Shown here: positions 1-31,933 of the stretch, piece by piece
How the letters are laid out: each line of letters begins with the position of its first letter
Numbering within the stretch: position 1 is the first letter of the stretch
From: Eledone cirrhosa
Lineage: Eukaryota
NCBI GenBank assembly: GCA_964016885.1
Contig: OZ024756.1
Coordinates: 28,396,001 to 28,460,000 of the forward strand
Length of the DNA stretch: 64,000 nt
Reading direction: 5' to 3'
Notes under the pieces: model-generated
Seen by the model: only the letters and a program-made list of their open reading frames with translations
Told to the model about the DNA's origin: nothing
Database searches by the model: none
Made by a program: the position numbers and the translations under genes

Positions 1-406
1 TAGTGGGTGTATTTTATCATGGCACCAGCACAACCACTTTACAGAATGTAGTGGGTGTATTTTATCATGGCATCAACACAACCACTTTACAGAGTATACT
101 GAGAGCATTTCATTGTGTTCCAATTCTTGGCTAATAAACAACTGAAATGAACCAAAAAATCCTAGAAATATAATTGTTTCTACTTTTTGGCACAAGGCCA
201 GCAATTAGCCCAGTGTATTACTGGTACTTTATTTTATCGACCCCGTAAGGATGAAAGGCAAAGTTAACCTCGGTGGGATTTGAACTCAGAATGGCAAGGG
301 ACGTAACTCTATGCGTCAAAGCATGGCGTCCGACCCTCTACCGATACTGCCAATCCACAATCCTAGAAATATAATGATATACAACATCACTGATTAATAT
401 ACTTAC

Positions 407-17806
<17,400 letters not shown>

Positions 17807-17899
17807 GCCATATCATTAAAGAATTAATACATCAAAACTGAAATTAGAATAATAATAATAATCATAATAATAATAATAAGAAGAATAAAAATAACAATA

Positions 17900-18330
17900 A
17901 TGGTTTCATTTATTGGCCATAGGGGCTGACATATAGGGAACAATACAATAGACAGGGACAGTGGGGGTTTTACACAAAAATCGAGTAAAAAATAACAATA
18001 GCAATAAACAAGAAAAATACAAAAATGAAAATTCCCCAATAGGAGGGATAACAACCCAGGGTTGATTCAAGTACCCCACCAATCCTGAACCAACTGATGC
18101 TTCGAGGGCACCCCTCTTCTTTCTCCACCCTCGCCTTCCTTTCCAAGTGAAATTTGAAAAAGTTGATGAGGGATTGACCGAAGAGAAAAGTGTCTGTCTT
18201 CAGTCCTTTCAACCTGGTCCACCATACAACCTCTTTCGCTACTGTCACCAGACAGGAAATTTGCTTGCTCTTCCTGGCTAAAAGAAGGTGGCGGGTTCAA
18301 TCTTCACTATGGACTTGGCCGATAGCCAGA
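17900..18330 (-). mobile_element. Tx1/L1-like LINE 3' end in an (ATT)n tract (3'UTR copy at ~46530-46635 +)
   Basis: AKEVVWWTRLKGL...FFKFHLERKARVEKE, then a 3'UTR with AATAAA that recurs at 46.6 kb. Confidence 0.55.
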
Positions 18331-19740
18331 TCCGTAATAATAATAATGAAAATTATTGTGTACAGTGCTCAGGTACACTACAACTCATCAAAGGTGCATG
18401 TATAGTACATAGAATGATGTGCAAATGTCAGGAAAGTAAACTGTATGAGTCATGATATACACACAGATACATGCGTGCGTGTGTATGGAAGGGGAATACC
18501 AGGTGTAGTGTTGGCGAATTTCGGGAAGCATGGAAGTTTTGAAGGATGCAGTGACCCGAATAGACATTTATGTTTTACCATTAATAAATTAATTCTTTCT
18601 TGATTGCATTTTTAATGAAATACACTCTGTTTTAATTAATTAATGAGGAATTTTGAGGGATTTACTGAAATTATTTATTATTTCATTACTAAGATAGTAA
18701 TATAACATAAAATTATGTTGGAAGATTTTAATTTAAATAGGAACTGTATTTCAATTAATTAATGAAGAATTTTGAGGGATTTACTAAAATAATTATTTCA
18801 TTATTAAGATAGTAACTTAACATATGCTTCTAATATAAAATTATGTTGGAAGATTTTAATTTAAATAGGAACATTTGAAAATGGGTGATTTTTTCATAGA
18901 ACCAGAGTTGGTTTTCACTGGGTTGGTATCAAAAGAGTTAATGCCAAGTTACAGAGTTGTTTTTGTGTGGAAAGTGTTAAGATCTGAGACCATGTGTTTA
19001 CATCATGGAAGAAGAATTTTAGCCATTTAAAGTAACATGTTAAAATATGTTATATTCACATTTCATTTATTTTATGATGTCAAAATTTACATCGTGCTTT
19101 CAGCGACCTGGTCACTAACACAATTTTGTTAGTGGTCAGGTTGCAGAAGGTAACAAGTGTTTTAAGTCCATTCTTTTGTGGGTTACATGACAGATTTCAT
19201 ACACACCACAGGGCCATGGTCATATCAACACTCTATATGTTGCTGTTCTTACAAATTACATCTATGCAGGTGTTGCTGGACTTCTATAAATGTTGCATAA
19301 AATAGGAGGCTTCTTGGATGTTTTAACCCTTTAGTTTCTAACCAGGCCAAAGCCAGCTCTGGTTCTATGAAATAAATAGTAAAATCCGGTATTTGAGGAA
19401 ATACGATCTTAATAAAACCAGTGCATGATGTAAATATGTCAAGAGGTAGAGATTGTGATTGTAGTGGCAGTGGTGGAAGGGGGGTGGGTGTAGTTCTGTT
19501 GTTGTTGTTGGCGGTGATGGTGGCAGAGTGTTGATGATGATGGTAGTGGCGGTGTAGGGAGGATTATGGCAGTGCTGTTGCTGGTGTATTATTATGGACA
19601 TGCTAGCGTGGAAGATAGACATTAAACGATGATGATGATGATGATGCCTTTGTTGTCAATTAATATCTTTCAATACACAATTATCTACATTATATATTTA
19701 CCACAGTATTTTGTTTAAAATGAAATCTATTTGTGTTTTA

Positions 19741-19811
<71 letters not shown>

Positions 19812-20148
19812 GTATTTTTATAATTCACCTAGTGACTGCAGTGTTTTGTGTATTTAGAATTGAATTTCACACTTGTCAATTGATTATTGATGATAGCAGT
19901 TTCAAGACAAGAATTAATTGCTTATTAGGTGACGAAACATATGTTAATGCTTGGAATAAACCCTATTATATCGTTTATCTGTGTTAATCATCCTTTATCC
20001 CTTATTAATACTCCAAGAACTACTAATCACGGACCTTTCAGGAATCTACCCTCTGAAAAACCTAAGTAAACATTTTGTTGAGTCAACTACCACCACACAC
20101 TGAAATATTCCTCGGTATTCCTTAGATAACCTTAAATGATATCTCAGC

Positions 20149-20195
<47 letters not shown>

Positions 20196-20376
20196 GAATT
20201 TATATCTAGTAACATTTATATACATACAGATGCATATCAATGCTAGCAAATATATAGGTTTTGTCTTAGTAACATTGTGGTTCAATGCATGGAGTTGCAG
20301 AACAATAATATGAGAGATGTAAGATAAGAAAATTATAAAATTATAAAATTATAAAAAAATTATAAAATTGACTTAC

Positions 20377-20800
20377 TTACTAAAATATCACTTCCAACTA
20401 ATTAGTTTCTGGAATGGAGTAAATATATTTTCCGAAGAATATATTGAAAAGCATTCCGTCGTCAGGAAAGTCTCTTTTCATGTAAGTTTCCAGGCATAGC
20501 GAGGACTCTGGAAACTTATTAAAAAAAAATAATTCAGTGGAAAGGAAATAGCGAAGCGTGGACTGAAATCCTAGCCATTGAGAAAATCACTGCCTCTACG
20601 TCTGTGGCAAATTCAAAAAGAATCAATCATGTGACATCGAGGTCAATCAGTGGAAAATATGTGTGTGTCTGATGGTAGCTAAGATGTTTCCATAGGCGGT
20701 GAGAGAATATGCTCCGAAATCATTAGACGTGTCCGTTGAACCTGCGGGTCCAGAATCAGACAGATCCACACAATGATCGCGTCTCGAGCTGTCCGCCGGG
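20377..20800 (-). promoter_or_regulatory. Candidate non-coding first exon/promoter of the PDZ-Roc-COR-DD gene
   Basis: Tandem GTAAGT donors on the minus strand at 20371-20380. Unique non-repeat sequence, with a CpG-richer patch at about 20690-20800 and several GGAAA/GAAA motifs. The 17837 acceptor needs an upstream exon. Confidence 0.45.
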
Positions 20801-20813
20801 GAAACAATTGTAT

Positions 20814-20861
<48 letters not shown>

Positions 20862-20904
20862 TGGCCTAGTACCTAAATCAAAAACCATTATTATCATTAT
20901 TATA

Positions 20905-21301
20905 TTAGTGGTGGATTGGCAGTATCGGTAGAGGGTCGGATGCCATGCTTTCCAGCATAGTTACGTCCCTTTACGATCTGAGTTCAAATCCTGCCGAGGT
21001 TGACTTTGCCTTTCATCCTTACGGGGTCGATAAAATAAGGTACCAGTAATGCACTGGGTTCAATTTAATTGACTTTCCCCTCCTCCCCCGAAATTGCTGG
21101 CCTTGTGCCTATATAAGAAACCATTATTAATCTTACAGTGGATTGGCAGTATTGGTAGAGCGTCAGACACCATGCTTTGCAGCATAGAGTTACGTCCCTT
21201 TACAATCTGAGTTAAAATCCCGCCGAGGTTAACATTGCCTTTCATCCTTACGGGGTCGATAAAATAAAGTACCAGTAATTCACTGGGATAATTGCTGGCC
21301 T

Positions 21302-21384
<83 letters not shown>

Positions 21385-21695
21385 ATATATATATGTGTGT
21401 GTATATATATATACACACACACAGGGTGTTCCAAAAAATGTATATACATTTGAGTTATCTGCTGTTGAAGTGTGTATACGTTTTTGGGACACTGTGTACA
21501 TATAAATGATTGGCAGTATTGGTAGAGGGTCGGGCGCCATGCTTTGAAGCATAGAGTTACCTCCCTTTATGATCTGAGTTCAAATCCCACCGAAGTTAAC
21601 TTTGCCTTTCATCCTGACGGGGGTCGATAAAATAAAGTACCAGTAATGCACTGGGGTAATTGCTGGCCTTGTGCCAAAAGTAGAAATAATTATTA
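20905..21695 (+). mobile_element. Cluster of three copies of tRNA-derived SINE family 1 (~190-220 bp)
   Basis: A box TGGCAGTATCGGT, B box GAGTTCAAATCC, core GCCTTTCATCCTTACGGGGTCGATAAAATAAAGTACCAG (resembles the Meta/MESC-type central domain), (ATT)n tail. Other copies at ~171-360, 8865-9087, 11732-11920, 14828-15035, 16255-16480, 24276-24462, 32166-32350, 39580-39745, 41626-41730, 43165-43335, 46137-46330, 46637-47040, 49965-50070, 57820-58215. Confidence 0.9.
21422..21496. mobile_element. ~75-bp Tc1/mariner-type MITE (second copy ~32359-32433)
   Basis: TIR CAGGGTGTTCCAAAAAATGTATA / TATACGTTTTTGGGACACTGTG. Confidence 0.7.
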
Positions 21696-21899
21696 TTAAT
21701 CTTGCATATGTTTTTTCTCTTCCCATTCAGGCATATCTCCTGCTCAGAAGCAGTATTGTTACTAAACTCTATTTTAGACTTATATCTCTAATTCTTCTAT
21801 TTCCCCACCATTTTCTCTCAAAGCCTACTTTGTGTTACTTCTGCACCCAACTGCAAGGAAATACCAAACCCAAAGACTTATAGCATACGCCTCTAACAT

Positions 21900-22380
21900 A
21901 CATACATAACACATACGCATACATTCATATACATACATATAAACACATATGCATACATTCATACACACATATACATACATACATATAAATACATATGCAT
22001 ACATTCATACACACATATACATACATATAAATACATATGCATACATTTACACACATATACATACATATAAATACATATGCATACATTCATACACACACAT
22101 ATACATACATATAAACACATATGCATACATTCATACACACATATACATACATATAAATACATATGCATACATTCATACACACATATACATACATATATAT
22201 ATATACATATACATGTTCTCATACATATAAACACGTATGCATACATTCATTCACACATATACATACATATATATATATATATATATACATACATGTTCTC
22301 ATACATATAAACACATATGCATACATTCATTCACACATATACATACATATAAATACATATGCATACATTCATACACACAT

Positions 22381-22422
<42 letters not shown>

Positions 22423-22508
22423 GTTCTCATACATATAAACACATATGCATACATTCATTCACACATATACATACATATAAATACATATGCATACATTCAT
22501 ACACACAT

Positions 22509-22546
<38 letters not shown>

Positions 22547-22732
22547 TCTCATACATATAAACACATATGCATACATTCATTCACACATATACATACATAT
22601 AAATACATATGCATACATTCATACACACATATACATACATATATATATATACACATATACATACATATATATATATATACATATACATGTTCTCATACAT
22701 ATAAACACGTATGCATACATTCATACACACAT

Positions 22733-22776
<44 letters not shown>

Positions 22777-22862
22777 GTTCTCATACATATAAACACATAT
22801 GCATACATTCATTCACACATATACATACATATAAATACATATGCATACATTCATACACACAT

Positions 22863-22893
<31 letters not shown>

Positions 22894-23050
22894 CATGTTC
22901 TCATACATATAAACACATATGCATACATTCATTCACACATATAAATACATATGCATACATTCATACACATATATACATACATATATATATACATGTTCTC
23001 ATACATATAAACACATATGCATACATTCATACACACACACACACATATAA
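21900..23050. repeat. Complex tandem repeat built from ATAAA(C/T)ACATATGCATACATTCAT and CATGTTCTCATAC units
   Basis: Directly visible higher-order repetition. Confidence 0.92.
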
Positions 23051-23116
23051 TTAGACACACACACACATATAATTACATACACACACACATACATATATAA
23101 CTACATACACACACAC

Positions 23117-23150
<34 letters not shown>

Positions 23151-23427
23151 ATGTGGGTGTATATATATATATATATCATGCTAACTGTTGTCATCTATTT
23201 TTCCATTCTTGTATGGATTAGATGGGTCATCATGTCCTGAGGCTTGACCAGTCAGGTGACCTTGTCTCGCTCATATGTTTGGTTTTGGCTTCGTTTCTAA
23301 TGGCAACCCCTTCACAGTGTGTACAGGGAGCTTTTTATTGTGACTCAAGCATTGTTACATTTACTGAGTGGATTAGCTTACTTAGTTGTAGTACCAGAGA
23401 AAACAGATGAAAAAACAGAGAAAAATG

Positions 23428-23477
<50 letters not shown>

Positions 23478-23745
23478 CCCAGCCCATCCACACCGCCCCT
23501 TTCAATGTAAAGTTATGTTGGTGCCGCAACATCCAGGCTGAAACAAATGAGATCGTGTAGGCAACACGGTAAAAACCTCCCAGCCCCACACTGTAAATGT
23601 GGTTGGTGTTAGGAAGGGCATCCAACTGTAGAAAACCCGCCAGACAGTCCTATGCGAGCAAGACAATCACTCTTGCCTCAAGTGGGAAAACTCCCGTCCA
23701 AACCCATGCAAGCGTGGAACACGGACGTTAAACGATGATGATGAT

Positions 23746-23818
<73 letters not shown>

Positions 23819-23822
<4 letters not shown>

Positions 23823-24190
23823 CACATGGCTTAGTGGTTAGAGCATTGGCCTTGCAATCGAAAGGTTGTGAGTTCAATTCTCGGAGCGGGTGATGTGTTG
23901 TTTCCTTGAGCAAGACACTTTATTTCACATTGCTCCAGTTTACTCAGCTGTAGAAATGAGATGATAGGACTGGGGTCCCTATCATTCCACTGCAAAGTGG
24001 TCGCGGAGGTGCCACGGCAAAAAAGCACCCAGCCCGCACTGTAAAGTGGATGTGTAGGCGCCATGGAAAAAAAAGCACCCAGCACTCACTGTAAATGAGG
24101 TTGGTGTTAGGAAGGGCATCCAGCTGTAGAAATCAAGCCAGAAGCAGGGAAAAGCGGACGTAAAATGAAATGATGAAAAATGATGATGAT
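23819..24190 (+). mobile_element. tRNA-derived SINE family 2 with RTE-LINE-derived 3' end (also ~48160-48547 - and ~50194-50500 +)
   Basis: A box TGGCTTAGTGG, B box GAGTTCAATTC, CCTTGAGCAAGACACTT core, GGTGTTAGGAAGGGCATCCAGCTGTAGAAA, tail GCAGGGAAAAGCGGACGTAAAATGA. Confidence 0.88.
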
Positions 24191-24656
24191 TATATATATA
24201 TATATATATATATACTCATGCCTACATACATAGATACACACACACATACATCCCAGGGTATGCTACCATGAAAAAATTGTTTCTAGTTTTGGCACAAGGC
24301 TATCAATTACCCCCAGTGCATTACTGGTACTTTATTTTATCGTCTCCCGTAAGGATAAGAGGCAAACCTCGGCGGGATTTTAACCCAGACCGTAAAGGGC
24401 CGTAACTCTGTGCTGCAAAGCATGGTATCCGACCCTCTACCGATACTGCCAATCTACTGCCTGTATTATTTCACTGCAAGCATGAAATAATACATGTTGA
24501 AAGTATATGATGAAGATAATGGTTATGAAATCCATTTACACATGCTATCACATGTACGCATATATATATAGAGACAACATGCACATGTACGCATATATAT
24601 ATAGAGACAACACATACACACACACACACACATATATATAGCCACAACACACATGC

Positions 24657-24700
<44 letters not shown>

Positions 24701-25844
24701 TATATACACACACATACATACACACACACACACACTCAAATTGTCAAGCTGTTATTCACAGAAGGAAAACAAAAATATCTTAAGAAAAAATAAAATACAG
24801 AAAGAAAGAAATATATATATATATATATATATAAAACCCCACCCTACTCCACCCCACAGTTCCAGTTGTAACCAGTTCTTAGCAGGGTTGGCCTACTTCT
24901 AACTATTAACCTACAAAGATACTGTTAATATTAGTGTTATGTTACTAACATTAAACTATTAACATATTAACATATGGTTTCTACTAACAAGGTTAGTGTA
25001 CACACACGTATGTATGGACCTATAGCTGGTGGAGTTGTTAGAGGAACTGTAGTGGCATCAGCATTTTCTTGGGCATTTTTGTTTTAAAACCTGACAGAGC
25101 CCATCACCTCTCCTTGCCTGAACTCAGCTGATTTCTTCCAGAGAGGGGAAACAAAGTGATAGAGAGAGAGAGAAAGTAAGAAAGAGATATGGAGGAAAGA
25201 ATCAACAGCAGTATTAGAATGGTATATTTTTTTTATTGACCTCAAAGGGATGAAAGGCAAAGTTGACTTCCGTGGGATTTGAACTCAGAGAGGTTGAAAT
25301 GAATACTGCAAAGCAATATATCCGAGGTTCAAATAATTAATTCTGTCAATTCCCCTTATCATCATCATCACCATTTTACGTCCGTTCTTCCACGCTAGCA
25401 TGGGTTAGACGGGTTGTCCTGTTGTGGGCAGTGTCCGGTCGGCTGACCTTGTCTTGCTCATACGAGAACTGATTTTGGCTTGATTTCTACAGCTGGATGC
25501 CCTTCCTAACATCAACCTCATTTACATTTGTGAAGCATTCCATATTTTTAAGCTGAAGCATATAGACAATATGCCCCCTCCCACTGTAAAGTGGTTGTGT
25601 AAGTGTCACAACAAAAACGCACCGAGTCCACACTGTAGAGTGGTCGTGTTAAGTGCCATGGTAAAAAGCACCCAGTACTCACTGTAAATGAGGTTGGTGT
25701 TAAGAAGGGCATCCAGGTGTAGAAATCAAGCCCAAATCAATTCTGTATGAACAAGACATTGTCCACAACAGGAGAACTCATCTAACCCATGCTAACAGAG
25801 AAGAATGGATGTAAAACAGTGATGATGATGATGATGATGATACA

Positions 25845-26325
25845 CATATGGTGGATGAAAAGCAACTCCCTATTTAAAATTGTTAATAATTATATTAATT
25901 ATAGATCGAATTTCATAAAACATGTTTTATTTTGAACAATATAATGGTAGAAGTCCAGTACAATGTTAAAATTCTACAAAGGCACCAGTGTTTGTAATCG
26001 TCTGGATATATCTTGACTGACTTCATCAGGAACTCAGGCGGTATGTTGGTCTGTATATGACAAATGTGTTCCTCCAGTTAAGTCAGAGGATTTGGCCACT
26101 CCTCATTTTGCACACACTATCAGAACATTGGCTGGGTCGTTGAAGTTCACCCCATAAATGGCCAGCAAGAAACCCTGACTTAACACCATATAATTTCTTT
26201 TTTTCCTGTTGGAGTGGCCTCAACTTCCATGAATATGAGGTCATTGATGTTGTCTCACATGGTCACAGTAGGCCGAAAGTTATAAGTAATTTTCAATAGG
26301 GAGTTTTTTTCCATCCACCCTGTGT
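25845..26325 (-). mobile_element. Internally deleted Tc1/mariner-like DNA transposon relic
   Basis: Imperfect TIRs (GGTGGATG.AAA..AACTCCCTATT.AAAATT). Frameshifted transposase C-terminal remnants HLWGELQR and IPPEFLMKSVK..RRLQTLV. Confidence 0.55.
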
Positions 26326-26690
26326 GGACTATTTATTGACAAAGTGCTATGCAAGAGACTTGACGGATGTTACACGAGGATGTTGGAAACAGAAGCTGAC
26401 AAATAAAGAACTATACAAATCACTACCACCAGTCTCAAAAAGAGTTGCCTGCAGACGAATGAAACTGGCTGGGCACTGCATCCTTCATCCAGAAGAGATA
26501 TCATCACAACTTGTGCTCTGGAGACCGGCTGTCGTACGAAGAAGCATGGGAAGACAGGCCGTCTCATTCATTGATACCCTGCTCAGAGATGCCAACATTG
26601 AAAACATCGATGAACTGAGAAATGTCATACTCGACCGGGATGATTGGAGAAAGTGTGCTGAATCTTTGCGAGTATAAACTCGGTCGAAGA
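26326..26690 (+). mobile_element. RTE-type LINE 3' fragment of another subfamily (related fragment at 29285-29479)
   Basis: WKQKLTNKELY...RRMKLAGHC...LVLW; the 29285 piece reads RRGRPRLTYVDAL...DRDRWRE. Confidence 0.78.
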
Positions 26691-26720
26691 AGAAGATATA
26701 TATATATATATATATATATA

Positions 26721-27380
26721 TCATCATCATCGTCATCATCATCAACGTTTAACGTCCGTGTTCCACGCTTGCATGGGTTTGGACGGGGGTAGTCCCACTT
26801 GAGGCAAGAGTGATTTTCTTGCTCGCATAGGACTGTCTGGCAGGTTTTCTACAGTTGGATGCCCTTCCTAACACCAACCGCATTTACAGTGTGGGTCTGG
26901 GAGGTTTTTACCGTGTTGCCTACACGGCCACATTACAGCGTGGACTGTGTGTTTTTTTGTCGTGACACCTACACGATCTCATTTGTTTCGGCCTGGATGG
27001 CGCGGCACCAACATAACTTTACATAGAACGGGGCGGTGTGGATGGGGTGGGGGTGGTGGTGGTGGGACGGGGTGTATTTTGTTAGAGATGCCTACTGGCA
27101 AGGCGGGTCTTCTCTATTACTGAGTACCGCCAAAGGTCTCGGTCCAGTGACATTGTCTTGGTGAGGTGTAAGTGTGTGAGGTCGGTGTTTATCAGCTCGT
27201 CCCAGGTTTTTCTGGGTCTGCCTATTCCGTGGCTACCGTCTATCTTTATTGCCCTGCACTTTGTTATACAGCTATCATCCTTCATGCGCATCACGTGACC
27301 ATACCAACGTAGCCTTCTCTCTAGTAAACAACATCTGATCCCTCTTATTTCTAATTTTTTCCTTAGTTCGTTTATGCTTT
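26721..27380 (-). mobile_element. 3' end of the same RTE LINE subfamily B (inverted, near-identical to ~30705-31380)
   Basis: ORF 27082..27294 (MRMKDDSCITKCRAIKIDGSHGIGRPRKTW), with the same 3'UTR and tail. Confidence 0.9.
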
Positions 27381-27477
27381 ATATATATATATATATATAT
27401 ACAGGTAAAATTCTGTTATAGCAAATTCTTATTTCTAATTTTTTCCTTAGTTCGTTTATGCTGTATATATATATATA

Positions 27478-27633
27478 CAGGTAAAATTCTGTTATAGCAA
27501 ATTTTTTTCAACCTCCAAGGTAATATCAAACAAATGCTCGATTTGTTTCAGTCGATCTCATTATAAAGAATTTTTTGTTACAACAAATTTCATTTTATAC
27601 TCTGTGAATTTCGTTATAATGGAATTTCACTGT
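27478..27633. mobile_element. TA-flanked MITE (pogo/Tc1-like); its left end is tandemly duplicated together with the adjacent LINE end (27345-27505)
   Basis: CAGGTAAAATTCTGTTATAGC...CGTTATAATGGAATTTCACTG, with TA on both sides. Confidence 0.6.
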
Positions 27634-28586
27634 ATATATATATATATTTACACTTTTGATACTAACCTATCAAAAATTGTTTGTGATGCTATGACAGAAT
27701 GTAATGGGTATTTTTTTTTATCATGACACCAGGACTATCCTTTTACAGAGTGAACAAAGTGCATTTTATCATGGCACAAACACTACCATTTTACAGAGTA
27801 GACTGTGTGTTTTATTGTGACACCAACACAGACACCATTCAGAGTATACTGAATGCATTTTATCATGAAACCAGCACTGGGGAGGTTGCCACATGCTTGG
27901 CAAACCCTACATTATCCCTGTTTAACCGGCAAACACTGTAACCTCTGGTCTCTTACCATGCTTACTTTTAGTGCCCACAGTGCTTGTCCTGCCTATATCG
28001 TTAATGTTGGACCTCTGTTGGTTTTGATAATAAATGCTCTAGTTGATTTCATCAACAGAACAACCTGCTTAGCAAATTAACATACAAGTGACTGAGCATT
28101 CCATAGACATATGTACCTTTAACAAAATTCCCAGGGAGATTCAGCATAAAAAAAACATGTGACAAGGTCAGTCCTTTGAATTACAGGTACAACTCATTTG
28201 TGTCAGCTGAGTGGACTGGACCCACATGTAATAAAGTGTCTTGCTCAAGCACACAATTCCTGCAATGAATCAAACACACAATCATACAATCATGAACCAA
28301 ACACTGTAACTATTAAGCCATGTACGTACCTTCATATATACTGCTTACATTTATTTTATGAATATACACTGATTACATAGAAGGATTATGTAACCAGGAA
28401 GTATATTATCACAAACCTGTGTCTGATTAGATTCTAATCCCCCCCTCCCCCCCCACCATTCCTAGAGTGTCTGATTAAATTCTAGCCGCACCCTTCATAG
28501 GAAGAGTTAAGCATAATTAGTTACAACAGTGACATATACAGGTACTTGAGTTTCGTTGGGTTATGCACCCCAACTCATTCAGCTGT

Positions 28587-28717
<131 letters not shown>

Positions 28718-28734
28718 TGAGAGAGAGAGAGAGA

Positions 28735-29224
28735 TCTACCAAAATATACGGTAGTGTCCAATCCATATGAAGAACTCAATGTAATCCAAATATCATGAAA
28801 AGAGAAGATGCATTCAAAAGTTTTCAATGAAAATCCCAGGAAAACAGAGTCAAGATAAATTAATAAAAACAATGAATAAAAACAAAGAACAAGTTCCTTA
28901 TATTAAAAAATTCATCATTTTACGATCGTTTCTAGGATATATATGTATGTTGGTATGTATATCATATAGATCTATGTAAAAATTTTACAAACTATCAGAG
29001 GAAATATACATACCTTCACATATATATGTAAAGATATGTATATTACCTTCATATATATATGTGAAGGTATGTATATTTCCTCTGATAGTTTGTAAATGTT
29101 TACATAGATCTATATGATATACATACCAACACATATATATATCCTAGAAACGATCGTAAAATGATGAATTTTTTAATATAAGGAACTTGTTCTTTGTTTT
29201 TATTCATTGTTTTTATTAATTTAT
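28735..29224. repeat. Fold-back element (~170-bp arms) plus tail
   Basis: Arms ~28855-29027/29053-29224. Contains GAAA-CGATCG-TA (hammerhead 3' half). Confidence 0.88.
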
Positions 29225-29837
29225 ATATATATATATATATAAATTAATATATATATATAAATTAATATAAATTAACATCCAGAGTTGACATTGCACTCAG
29301 TGCTCCTTTGGGAGCCCCTACATGGACACACTAGAAGAGGAAGACCAAGGTTAACATATGTTGATGCCCTAAGGACAGACACTGGTCTGTTGGAGATGCA
29401 GGATATGGCAGCGATAATGAGGGACAGAGACCGCTGGAGAGAACTCGTCCATGGATCTCGGGAATTTTACCCGCCTTAGATAGAGATATATATATTTAAC
29501 CCCTTACATTTTATAATACATTTTATAACCTTGTATTGCATTATCTCCTTAATGCTTACTTCAAACAACGTGCCAGCGTATGTCAGGCAGACAGGTTGAT
29601 ACGCATGGATACGTGTGACAACTTGACCAAGATGGAGATAACTTGCACCATAACATATATATATACACAATATATATTATCATCATCATCATCATCGTTT
29701 AACGTCTATCTTCCACGCTAGCATGGCTTTAGAAGGGAATTGTCCACTTGAGGCAAGATTGGTCGACTTGCTCGTATGGGACTGTCTGGCAGGTTTTCTA
29801 CGGCTGGATGCCCTTCTTAACACCAACCACGTTTACA

Positions 29838-29880
<43 letters not shown>

Positions 29881-29934
29881 AAATATATATAATATATATA
29901 TATTTATATATATATATATATATACATACATATA

Positions 29935-29974
<40 letters not shown>

Positions 29975-30049
29975 TATATATCATCATTATCATCATTGCA
30001 AGCAGGGAAAAAGCGGACGTAAAATGAAATGATGATAATGATGATGATG

Positions 30050-30095
<46 letters not shown>

Positions 30096-30098
30096 TTT

Positions 30099-31380
30099 AT
30101 GCACGGCCTAGAGTCAAAAGGACTTAAAATTAACCTGGCTAAGACCAAAGTACTAGTTTGTAGGAAAGAAAACAAGGCGGCGGTCCCTTCTGGGAAATGG
30201 TCGTGCTCGGTGTGTAGGAAAGGCGTAGGTAGAAACTCCATTTTATGTCCTAAATGCAAAGTATGGGTGCATAAAAGATGTAGTGGGATCACAGGTAGGC
30301 TAACTAAGAACATAGATTTTACATGTGGCCGGTGCTCTGGTGCAATAAGTAGCAGCAAGTGCCCACAAAATACTAGCTCTTTCAATTGCGCAGAGGGTTC
30401 TATAGAAATAGTGGACAGCTTCCGTTACCTGGGCGATAAAATCAGCAGTGGGGGAGGGTGCTCTGAAAGTACTGTAGCTAGAGTCAGAACTGGTTGGAAA
30501 AAGTTCAGAGAGCTTATACCACTATTAGCTGCTAAAGGGTTCTCACTAAAAATGAAAGGCAGGTTGTACGATGCCTGCATACGAACAGCAATGCTGCATG
30601 GCAGTGAGACCTGGGCATTGTGTGCAGAGGATATACGCAGACTAGAGAGGAACGAAGCTTGCATGCTCCGCTGGATGTGTAACAGTAATATACGTGAACG
30701 GCAAAGCATAAACGAACTAAGGAATAAATTAGAGATAAGAGGGATCAGATGTTGTTTACTCGAGAGAAGGCTACGTTGGTATGGACACGTGATGCGCATG
30801 AAAGTCGATAGCTGTATAACAAAGTGCAGGGCAATAAAGATAGACGGTAGTCACGGAATAGGCAGACCTAGAAAAACCTGGGACGAGCTGATAAACTCCG
30901 ACATCACACACTTACACCTCTCCAAGACAATGTCACTGGACCGAGACCTTTGGCGGTACTCAGTAACAGAGAAGACCCGCCTTACCTAAATATATAGTAA
31001 AACCTACTCCAGCCAGTAGGCATCTCTAACAAATACACCCCGTCCCACCACCCCCACCCGATCCACACCACCCCGTTCTATGTAAAGTTATGTTGGTGCC
31101 GCGCCATCGAGGCCGAAACAAATGAGATCGTGTAGGTGTCACGACAAAAAAACACACAGTCCACGCTGTAATGTGGCCGTGTAGGCAACACGGTAAAAAC
31201 CTCCCAGACCCACACTGTAAATGTGGTTGGTGTTAGGAAGGGCATCCAACTGTAGAAAACCTGCCAGACAGTCCTATGCGAGCAAGACAATCACTCTTGC
31301 CTCAAGTGGGACTACCCCCGTCCAAACCCATGCAAGCGTGGAACACGGACGTTAAACGCTGATGATGATGATGATGATGA
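30099..31380 (+). mobile_element. 5'-truncated RTE-clade LINE (subfamily B): RT C-terminal ORF with inserted PHD-type finger, 3'UTR and (GAT)n tail
   Basis: ORF 30099..30989 has GLKINLAKTKV, FRYLG, RLRWYGHVMR and GRPRKTW. About 370 nt of 3'UTR end in GGACGTTAAACG(ATG)n. Confidence 0.92.
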
Positions 31381-31407
31381 TATATTATATATTATATGAA
31401 AGATTGA

Positions 31408-31870
31408 TTATAGGATGCCTGAGTGTGATGTGCGATGTTGCATGGTAGTAAGACATGGGAAGCAACTGTGGAGGATATGCGACAGCTGGAGAAAAATTAA
31501 ACAAGCATGCTCTGATGGATGCGCCATGTCAATGCGGGTGAACGACCAGGTATAGATGAGTTGAGAGTGAAACTGTATAAGAGGAATAAACCGTAGTGTG
31601 CGAGAGAGAAGACTGCATTGGTATGGCCATGTGATGCACATGGAAGATGACTGCTGGGTGAAGAAGTGCCAAGAAATCCCAGTAGAAGGAAGACGCAGTA
31701 GAGGAAGACAACAAATAATATGGGCGGAGGTGGTGAGAGCTGACTTCAGATCACTGAAGTTCACAGAGCAGAAGACGAGGGACAGTGATGAATGGAGAGA
31801 TGCTGTGCTGAAGAAGACTTGTCCCACCTTTGCAAGCAGGAAAAAGTGGACATAAATGATGATGATGATG
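31408..31870 (+). mobile_element. Decayed RTE LINE subfamily A 3' fragment
   Basis: RRLHWYGHVMHMEDDCWVKKC, ending GCAAGCAGGAAAAAGTGGACATAAATGATGATG. Confidence 0.85.
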
Positions 31871-31887
31871 ACATATATATACATTTG

Positions 31888-31933
<46 letters not shown>

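Noticed and set aside
20460-20660. NF-kB/IRF enhancer cluster at the proximal promoter
   Set aside because: The motifs (GGAAAGTCTC, GAAAGGAAA, GAGAAAATCAC) are imperfect and expected by chance in AT-rich DNA.
23821-23890. tRNA genes at A/B-box sequences
   Set aside because: These are multi-copy SINE heads fused to SINE bodies; no complete cloverleaf or terminator.
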